Source: Armatimonadota bacterium
GTDB taxonomy: Bacteria; Armatimonadota; UBA10988
Assembly: GCA_016235455.1 (NCBI GenBank)
Contig: JACRKZ010000053.1
Location: 1-22,040, forward strand
DNA: 22,040 nt
Direction: 5' to 3'
The stretch's first letter is position 1, and the number at the start of each line of letters is the position of its first letter. Below are positions 15,448-22,040 of the stretch, piece after piece. Made by a program: the position numbers and the translations under genes. A model generated the notes under the pieces. That model was not told the DNA's origin and did no database searches. It was given only the letters and a program-made list of their open reading frames with translations.

Positions 15448-18363
15448 TTGGCTATCGTCGGCGGAGAGGCGTTTGGCTGGGATCGTGCCGTATGGGGCAA
15501 CCACCGCGCGGTGGTCGAGGTGGACCATCACGCGCCCGCCGTGTGGGTCCGGCTGCCGTGGCGCCGGCGCGACCCGTCGCCCGAGCAGGTGGCGCTCGTG
15601 GTCACCACCGCCGACGGCGCCGAGGTCGCTAACGCGCGAGCGCTGAGCATCAGCCGCGACGCCGGCGAGGTGGCCTTCGAGCCGACAGCCGGGCCGGGCC
15701 GGTATCACATCTACTACCTGCCGTATGACTCCGCCGGCACCTACTACCCCTCGACCACCTATCGACCGGCCGCCGAGCCGACCTGGCAGCCGCCCGAGCA
15801 CCTGATCGAGGCGCGCTTCGTGGCCTTCGAAGCGGTGGCCGAGCACCATGCCTTTGGCGCCATGGAAGCCTGCGCCTCCGCGGCCGAAGTGGCGGCGATG
15901 CTGGAGGCGCGGCCCGGCCAAGGCTTCCTGGTCTTCGGCGAGGACCGCGACCAGCCGATCCGCATGACGCGCGACGTGCCATTGGCCTGGACGGCACGCG
16001 CGCCGGGCCGGCCGCTTGAACTCGTCGCCGCGCCGGGCGAGTTCCGCGTCTTCCAGGTCGGCCTGTACGCCGCGCGGCGCGACCTGGGGGCGGTCGCTGT
16101 CTGCCTCGACGGCCTGCCGTGGGATGCGCCCGACGACGCCTTCCGCTGCTTCAACCTGGCCGGCACCAATCACGACGGTCGCCCGCTGACCCACCAGGTG
16201 AGCGTGCCCCAAGGCGGCGTGCAGGCGTTGTGGTGCGGGTTCGGGGTGCCCGCCGAGAGCCCCGCCGGACGCTTCCAGGCGAGCCTGGCGGTCGAGGCCG
16301 ATGACGAGTTGGCCCTGCTGCCGGTCATCATCGAGATCGCCGGCGAGGCCGTCGCGCGGCGCGGCGACGACGAGCCGGAGCGGCTCTCGCGGCTGCGCTG
16401 GCTCGACAGCAATCTGGCGCGCGACGACACCCTCGTGCCGCCGTTTGTGCCGGTGACCGTGACCGGCGCCACGCTGGGGGTGCTCGGCCGCACCATGCGC
16501 CTGGCGCCGGACGGGCTGCCGGCGAGCCTGGCCAGCTACTTCGCGCCCGAGGTCACCCATCTGACCGAGCAGCCGGCGGAACTGCTTGCCGCGCCAGTCG
16601 AACTGGCCTGTGTGCGCGGTGGGCAGCCAATCGTCTGGCGCGGCGAGCCTTACGGCATCGACTCGGCCAACGACGGCGCCGTGGCCTGGTCGCGCGCGTC
16701 GACTGCCGACGGGCTGCGACTGGCGCTGCGGGGCCGGTTGGAGTTCGACGGCACACTGGCCTATGAGGTGGAGCTGGCCGCCGAGGCCGATGTGGACCTG
16801 GACGATGTGGCCCTGGTGCTGCCGCTGGCGCGCGAGTTGGCCACGCACATGGTCGGGCTGGGGCAGAAGGGCGGCCAACGGCCCGAGTCGTTCGACTGGC
16901 GCTGGTCGGTCGAGCGCAACCAGGACTCGGTCTGGCTGGGCTGCCCGTGGGCGGGCGTGCAGGTCAGCCTGCGCGATGAGCGGTATCGCCGGCCGCTGAA
17001 CACCAACTTCTACCACAGCAGGCCGCTCGTCCTGCCACGCTCCTGGCACAACGACGGTGCCGGCGGCATCACCATCGGCGAGCACGGCGGCGCGGTGCGC
17101 CTGGTCTGCGCCGGCGGCGCGCGGCACATGGCGGCCGGCGAGTCGCTGCGCTTCGACTTCCGGCTGGCACTCACCCCGTTCAAGCCGCTCGATACGGCCA
17201 GCCACTTCCGCACGCGGCTGTGCCATCGCTACCTGCCGGTGGGCGAGGTGGCCGAAGCCGGCGCCAACGCCATCGTGCTGCACCACGCTCAGGCGCCCAA
17301 CCCCTACATCAACTACCCGTTCCTGCGTACCGACCAGTTACGGGCGTACGTCGACGAAGCCCATGCGGCCGATGTGCGGCTCAAGCTCTACTACACCGTG
17401 CGCGAGCTGACCACGCGCGCGCCGGAGCTCTGGGCGCTGCGCAGCCTGGGCGACGAAGTCTTCGCGCCGGGGCCCGGTGGCGGCTACTCGTGGCTATGTG
17501 AGCACCTCGGCGAGGACTACCTGGCGGCCTGGTTCGACCCAACCTGGGAAGACAGCAGTCTGGTCACCAACGGCATGTCGCGCTGGCACAACTTCTACGT
17601 GGAAGGGCTGGCCCATCTGGCCGAGCAGGTCGGCATCGATGGGCTGTACATCGACGACCTGGCGTTCGACCGCGAGATCATGAAGCGTGTGCGGCGGGTG
17701 CTGGCGCGCCACCGGCCGGCGCCGCACATCGATCTGCACTCGGCCAACCAGTACAACGAACGCGACGGCTTCGCCAGCAGCATGAACCTCTACCTGGAGC
17801 ATCTGCCCTACCTGGACCGGCTGTGGCTGGGCGAGTACTTCGACTACAACAGCCCGCCCGACTACTGGCTGACCGACATCAGCGGCATCCCGTTCGGCGT
17901 CATGGGCGAGATGCTGCAGGATGGCGGCAACCCCTGGCGCGGGATGCTCTACGGGATGACCTGTCGCTATCCCTACAACGGTGATCCGACGCCCTTGTGG
18001 CGGTTCTGGGACGAGGTCGGCCTGGCGGACATGGCCATGGTCGGCTACTGGTCGCCCAACTGCCCGGTGCGCACCGGCCGCGACGACGTGCTGGCCACGG
18101 TGTATCAGGGCCGCGACAAGGCCGTCATCGCGCTGGCCAGTTGGGCGACGGAGCCGGTCGAGGTGGGGTTGGCGATCACCGATCGACCGGCTGACGTCGC
18201 TTTCCAGGCGCCCGCAATCGAGGGCTTCCAGCCGGCTTCGGCGTGGGTGGCGCGGGAGTCAGTGCGCCTTGAACCGGGCCGGGGCTGGTTGCTGATTGTG
18301 GACGACCCGCTCCAGGGCGGGCCGGGGACCCGCCTTGCGGCGGGCCCGCGGCTCGGCACCTAG
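15448..18363 (+). CDS. DUF6067-like putative glycoside hydrolase
   Basis: Track ORF 15397..18363. TTG at 15448 is preferred as start (GGGAGA RBS; 15397 lies inside the repeat). Conserved blocks [61 protein letters not shown] and [27 protein letters not shown]. No signal peptide is evident. Confidence 0.8.
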   Translation: MAIVGGEAFGWDRAVWGNHRAVVEVDHHAPAVWVRLPWRRRDPSPEQVALVVTTADGAEVANARALSISRDAGEVAFEPTAGPGRYHIYYLPYDSAGTYYPSTTYRPAAEPTWQPPEHLIEARFVAFEAVAEHHAFGAMEACASAAEVAAMLEARPGQGFLVFGEDRDQPIRMTRDVPLAWTARAPGRPLELVAAPGEFRVFQVGLYAARRDLGAVAVCLDGLPWDAPDDAFRCFNLAGTNHDGRPLTHQVSVPQGGVQALWCGFGVPAESPAGRFQASLAVEADDELALLPVIIEIAGEAVARRGDDEPERLSRLRWLDSNLARDDTLVPPFVPVTVTGATLGVLGRTMRLAPDGLPASLASYFAPEVTHLTEQPAELLAAPVELACVRGGQPIVWRGEPYGIDSANDGAVAWSRASTADGLRLALRGRLEFDGTLAYEVELAAEADVDLDDVALVLPLARELATHMVGLGQKGGQRPESFDWRWSVERNQDSVWLGCPWAGVQVSLRDERYRRPLNTNFYHSRPLVLPRSWHNDGAGGITIGEHGGAVRLVCAGGARHMAAGESLRFDFRLALTPFKPLDTASHFRTRLCHRYLPVGEVAEAGANAIVLHHAQAPNPYINYPFLRTDQLRAYVDEAHAADVRLKLYYTVRELTTRAPELWALRSLGDEVFAPGPGGGYSWLCEHLGEDYLAAWFDPTWEDSSLVTNGMSRWHNFYVEGLAHLAEQVGIDGLYIDDLAFDREIMKRVRRVLARHRPAPHIDLHSANQYNERDGFASSMNLYLEHLPYLDRLWLGEYFDYNSPPDYWLTDISGIPFGVMGEMLQDGGNPWRGMLYGMTCRYPYNGDPTPLWRFWDEVGLADMAMVGYWSPNCPVRTGRDDVLATVYQGRDKAVIALASWATEPVEVGLAITDRPADVAFQAPAIEGFQPASAWVARESVRLEPGRGWLLIVDDPLQGGPGTRLAAGPRLGT
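18319..18354 (-). terminator. GC-rich hairpin just downstream of the MCP stop, inside the 3' end of the convergent gene
   Basis: Core CCCGCC-ttgc-GGCGGG (18329-18344) reads as a GCAA (GNRA) tetraloop on the minus strand, with an imperfect extended stem. No U-tract. Confidence 0.5.
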
Positions 18364-20321
18364 AAGTCCATGTCGGAGGCGTCCAGCGGGATCGCCGTGC
18401 GCGTGACGGCGCTGCTGTGCGCCATGGCGGGCGCACGGTGCGCCGGCTTCCTGTCGACCAACGCCAGGCCGGCCAGCGGTCGGCGCGGTGCGGGCAGGGC
18501 CATCGAGGCCCGCGCCGTCGCGCCTTCCACGATACCCACCAGGCCGGCCACCATCTCCTGCAACTCATGCGCTTGAGCATTGAGCTCCTGGCTGGCGCTG
18601 GCCGACTCCTCGGCGCTGGCCGCATTGCCCTGGGTGACCTGGTCCATGCTGGCCATGGCCTCGGTGATCTGCGAGATGCCCTGTGCCTGCTCGCGGCTGG
18701 CCGAGGCCACCTCGTCGACCAGGCTGGCCACCTCGGCCACCGACCGACCAATGGCCGTCAGCACGCCTTCCACTTCGTCGCTGGCCTGCACGCCCAGCGA
18801 GGCGTTCTGTTGTGCATCGCTGATCAGCGCGGCCGTCTGCTTGGCGGCCTCGGCGCTGCGCTGAGCCAGGTTGCGCACTTCCTCGGCGACCACGGCGAAA
18901 CCCTTGCCGGCATCGCCGGCACGGGCCGCTTCCACGGCGGCGTTGAGCGCCAGCAGGTTGGTCTGGAAAGCGATCTCGTCGATCGTCTTGATGATCGCCG
19001 CGGTCTGGTTGGCCGACGCGTTGATCGCGCCGATGACCTCGCTCATGCGGCCTACCACGGTATCACCGCTCTGCGCCGCGTGCAGCGCGGCGCCGGCCTT
19101 GAGGCTGGCCTGACTGGCGTTGTCGGCGTTCTGCGTGGTCATCGACGACAGCTCCTCGAGCGACGCCGACGTCTCCTCCAGGCTGGAGGCCTGCGAGCCC
19201 GCCCCGCTGGCGATGGCCGCGCTGGCCTCGCTGAGCTGGGTGGACGCCGCCGACACCTGGTCGCTGGCCCGTCCCAGGCCGGCGATGGCCTGCCGGATGG
19301 GCCCCGCGATGCTCCTGGTCATGCCCAGCCCGATGGCCACACCGAGGAGCAGCACGATGACCAGACCCACCACCAACATGACCGTCGCTGCGCGGAGCGC
19401 GGACGCGGACCTGGTGGACGACGCGGTCATCTGTTCGATGCCCGCCTTGGCCGCGCCGCTGGCCGCCTCCAGCACCACCTGCCCGGCCGCCAGCCGCTCC
19501 TTGTCGGTGACTACCTGCTCGCGCAGTTCGTCGGCGGTCGAGGTCATGGCCTTGCGGTAGTCGGCCACGGCGCGCTTGATGCCTTCCAGGCACTCGACGA
19601 CCTCCGGGTCGCTGGTCGCGCCGCGCACCTGCGTCCACAAGGCGTCCATCTTCTCGAAGTTCGGCAGGGCCGCGTCGACGATGGCCGAGTCGCGCTCCAC
19701 CTGAGCCCGCCAGACCGCGATGCGGACAGCGCCCAGCAGGCGCAGGTAGGCATTGATCTGCTTGGTGCGGCTGATCCGACCGTCGGCATCGGCAACCGAG
19801 TTGCTCGCCAGGGCCTCCCGCACGCGCTCGTCCTGTTGCTGCAGGTACGTTGCGCTGTTGGAGTCGACGACCTTGGCTACCGTGGCCATCGCCTCCTGGT
19901 TCTTGTTCATCTGTTCCAGGTTGGTGAACGTCTTTTCGGCCAGGCCGCGGTAGGTGGCCAGCGCCGCCTGGGAGTCGGTAGCCGCCTTCTTGAGCCCGGC
20001 CAACGACGACCGGTTGCCCGCCAGTTTGAGCGCCGCGGCCACGGCCGCGTCCGCCTCACCCAGGCTGGCCAACGCGGACTCCTTGAACTTGACATCACCC
20101 ATCAGCGCGAAGCCGCGCATGGCCGCCACGGAGTCGCGCACCGCGCGCTCCAGCTCCGTGGTCACTTTGACCGCCGGCGCCTGCTCGTTGGCCAGCGCCG
20201 TCGACCTGCTGCTCGCACCCAACATGCTCACCATGGCGGCGGCACCCAACGCTGCCGCCAGCGCCAGAATCACCCCAAAGCCGATGGCCATCTTCAGACC
20301 CAGTGCCTTGTTACGAAACAT
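18360..20321 (-). CDS. Methyl-accepting chemotaxis protein (2 TM, large helical periplasmic sensor)
   Basis: Start placed at ATG 20321 ([19 protein letters not shown]; GGAGGGG RBS). TM2 [21 protein letters not shown]. Hairpin tip [38 protein letters not shown]-terminus [10 protein letters not shown]. Confidence 0.96.
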   Translation of the reverse strand: MFRNKALGLKMAIGFGVILALAAALGAAAMVSMLGASSRSTALANEQAPAVKVTTELERAVRDSVAAMRGFALMGDVKFKESALASLGEADAAVAAALKLAGNRSSLAGLKKAATDSQAALATYRGLAEKTFTNLEQMNKNQEAMATVAKVVDSNSATYLQQQDERVREALASNSVADADGRISRTKQINAYLRLLGAVRIAVWRAQVERDSAIVDAALPNFEKMDALWTQVRGATSDPEVVECLEGIKRAVADYRKAMTSTADELREQVVTDKERLAAGQVVLEAASGAAKAGIEQMTASSTRSASALRAATVMLVVGLVIVLLLGVAIGLGMTRSIAGPIRQAIAGLGRASDQVSAASTQLSEASAAIASGAGSQASSLEETSASLEELSSMTTQNADNASQASLKAGAALHAAQSGDTVVGRMSEVIGAINASANQTAAIIKTIDEIAFQTNLLALNAAVEAARAGDAGKGFAVVAEEVRNLAQRSAEAAKQTAALISDAQQNASLGVQASDEVEGVLTAIGRSVAEVASLVDEVASASREQAQGISQITEAMASMDQVTQGNAASAEESASASQELNAQAHELQEMVAGLVGIVEGATARASMALPAPRRPLAGLALVDRKPAHRAPAMAHSSAVTRTAIPLDASDMDF

Positions 20322-20439
20322 CTGCCCCTCCACGCCGCCCTGATTCCCCGGCGGCTTCATTGGTTGTTCACAGTCGGCTGCCCGCCCCGAGGTGTGCCGA
20401 CTGCCCTCACGACGCACCCTCGACAGATGCGCTTCATGT

Positions 20440-20600
20440 ACGCCGGTCAATCGACCGAATCTTACTTCCGGTTGAACTGATATGTGAAGCCAATGTGACA
20501 TATCGCCATCAATCGCACCCTGGTTCACCTGAAAACGCTCTGAAGTCACCACTCATGACCAACTGGTCTGGACATTTGTGCGAAACATTACGAAGCGGAT
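20440..20600 (-). promoter_or_regulatory. Lower-GC upstream regulatory region of the MCP gene with candidate operator sites
   Basis: Visibly more AT-rich than flanks. Contains inverted repeat GATATGT-N12-ACATATC (20479-20504), direct repeat ATGTGA at 11-bp period (20482, 20493) and ACTGGTCTGGACATTT (20562-20577). Confidence 0.4.
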
Positions 20601-21127
20601 AGTCGAGTCTGTGTGGCCTCTTTGCAGAGTCTGAGTCGTGGCAGATCAGCTAGACTCCCAGGACGTATCGCGGGATCTCGCACTTCGCATGGGGGACTCT
20701 CAGACCAACCCAACGCAAACGCGCGCGCAGCGTGTGCCGCGCCGCATCCAGCGGGCCGTGGGCTGGCGCGCGGCGCCCAGAAGGCGCCTCGGCGGGGGCT
20801 ATGACGGACGAGAGTCGGGCTGGCGTGAACCTGGGGCCGGCAAGCCGTGCGTGACGGGTGTGGGCCCCTGCCGGAGGCGCCCTTCGCGGCACCAGGGGCC
20901 GTTCACCGTTGGGTTCAGCGGCCCATTGGGCGCGGGCCAGGCGGTGGGCGTGAGCAGTTGGGCGGCGGACGGCGAGTCGTTCGTCAGGATCGCCGCCGGC
21001 CATGCGGTGGTCGTCTCCGACCCACCCAGCCCGCGGGCGTCGCCCGCGGGTACGGGCCTGATGGGAGCCCGCTGGTCAGCGGCGCGCTGGCCGATGTGGA
21101 CGATCGGGCGGCGCGCCGCCGACAGCA

Positions 21128-21159
21128 CGAAGCCGCGCCCGGTTGCGGACGCGGCTTCG
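21128..21159 (-). terminator. Hairpin downstream of cheW
   Basis: CGAAGCCGCG...CGCGGCTTCG 10-bp perfect stem (extendable) about 20 nt after the cheW stop. Weak U-tract. Confidence 0.6.
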
Positions 21160-21179
21160 CTATGGACGTTGGTGCGGCC

Positions 21180-21686
21180 CTACATGGCCGCGCTCAGGGC
21201 ATCGACGCTGATCTGGTCTGAGAGCATGTCGCCCGCGTCGAGCAGCATCATGACACGCTTGCCCAGCAGGCCGACGCCCTTCACATAGCGCTGGCCAGCG
21301 CCAGCGCCCAGATCGGGCGCGGGCTCGATTTCGCGGGCCTCCAGGTTGGCCACTTCCGCCACCTCATCCACCAGCACACCGACTTGTCGAGCCAGGCCCA
21401 GGTGGGTGATGTCGAGCACAATGATGCAGCTCTGCGCGGTCGCCTCGACGTCGGGCAGGCCGAACATCGTGCGCAGGCTGACCACCGGGATGACCTTGCC
21501 GCGCAGGTTGATCACGCCCAGCACCGCCGCCGGCGCCTGGGGCACCGCGGTGATGGGCTGCAGCCCGATGATCTCGCGTACGCTGAGGATCGAGATGCCG
21601 TACTCCTCGGCGGCCAGGCGGAAGGACAGGTACAGCCCTGCCTCAGCCTTGCTCCGCGGCGCCATCGTTGTTGCCTCGATTGCCAT
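21180..21686 (-). CDS. cheW: Chemotaxis coupling protein CheW
   Basis: YLSFRLAAEEYGISILSVREII...ITAVPQAPAAVLGVINLRGKVIPVVSLR...VGVLVDEVAEV. GAGGAG RBS. Confidence 0.97.
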   Translation of the reverse strand: MAIEATTMAPRSKAEAGLYLSFRLAAEEYGISILSVREIIGLQPITAVPQAPAAVLGVINLRGKVIPVVSLRTMFGLPDVEATAQSCIIVLDITHLGLARQVGVLVDEVAEVANLEAREIEPAPDLGAGAGQRYVKGVGLLGKRVMMLLDAGDMLSDQISVDALSAAM

Positions 21687-21712
21687 GTTGCTACTCCTCT
21701 ACGTCGGGCTGC

Positions 21713-22040
21713 TCAGAAGTCCAGGTCGTCACCGTCCAGCGGCAGCACCTGCGACGGCGAGGAGCCCGCCCTGGCCGCCTTCCTTGGCGCGGCAATGCTC
21801 TTCATTCCGCTCATGTTGCCCAGCGACGGACCCGCCGCCGAGCTGCGCCGCGGCGCGGCCAGGGCCGGTGTCGTGCTGTGCTGGCCGTCGGCGCCGTGGA
21901 CGATGCCGATGAGCATGTTGACCATGTCCTGCAACTCGCGCGCCTGGGCGTTCAGTTCCTCGCTGCTGCTGGCCGACTCCTCGGCGTTGGCGGCGTTGCT
22001 CTGGGTGACCTGGTCCATCTGGTTGACGGCCTGGTTGATC
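21713..22040 (-). CDS. Methyl-accepting chemotaxis protein, C-terminal part (runs off the right edge)
   Basis: INQAVNQMDQVTQSNAANAEESASSSEELNAQARELQDMV methylation helix and tail VLPLDGDDLDF. Paralogous to the 18360 MCP. Confidence 0.93.
   Translation of the reverse strand, partial: INQAVNQMDQVTQSNAANAEESASSSEELNAQARELQDMVNMLIGIVHGADGQHSTTPALAAPRRSSAAGPSLGNMSGMKSIAAPRKAARAGSSPSQVLPLDGDDLDF

Noticed and set aside
20322-20552. N-terminal extension of the MCP ORF to 20552
   Set aside because: The typical MCP N-terminus and RBS are at 20321. The extension spans AT-rich regulatory DNA.
20340-20700. Cyclic di-GMP riboswitch or sigma-28 promoter upstream of the MCP
   Set aside because: No GGCAAA...GAAA...GACGCAAA pattern was found, and the GCCGA-like -10 candidates lack a properly spaced -35.
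20613-21288. Small ORFs in the cheW-MCP gap (20638..21288, 20650..21003, 20799..21128, 20847..21221)
   Set aside because: Low-complexity Arg/Pro/Gly/Ala translations, mutually overlapping, with no recognisable domain.
1-22040. CRISPR array, tRNA/rRNA, transposase/integrase, defence or phage genes
   Set aside because: No regularly spaced direct repeats, RNA-gene signatures or relevant protein motifs were seen.

Overview
High-GC bacterial window with about 14 protein-coding genes; the long antisense ORFs in the track are shadows. From left to right: a partial Gfo/Idh/MocA oxidoreductase, a hypothetical protein, a secreted LamG-like+GH16 glycoside hydrolase and a secreted all-helical hypothetical protein. 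A tightly spaced minus-strand run follows (large secreted GHL10-like TIM-barrel protein > CorA-family transporter with a non-canonical GMS motif > glycyl radical enzyme with no activase in the window > NDUFA9-like SDR). Divergent from it are a YetA/PcRGLX (PL26)-like secreted protein, a coupled partial paralog that keeps only the central beta-sandwich, and a DUF6067-like putative glycoside hydrolase. The window ends with a chemotaxis block (MCP, CheW, partial MCP). Three different REP-like palindromes sit in intergenic gaps. No rRNA, tRNA, CRISPR array or transposase was seen. The best candidate for an undescribed system is the divergent glycan-processing locus at 4351-18363, which links uncharacterised secreted CAZyme-like proteins to an orphan eliminase-type glycyl radical enzyme. 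That functional link is inferred from gene spacing only. All family calls come from motif recognition by eye, not database searches.
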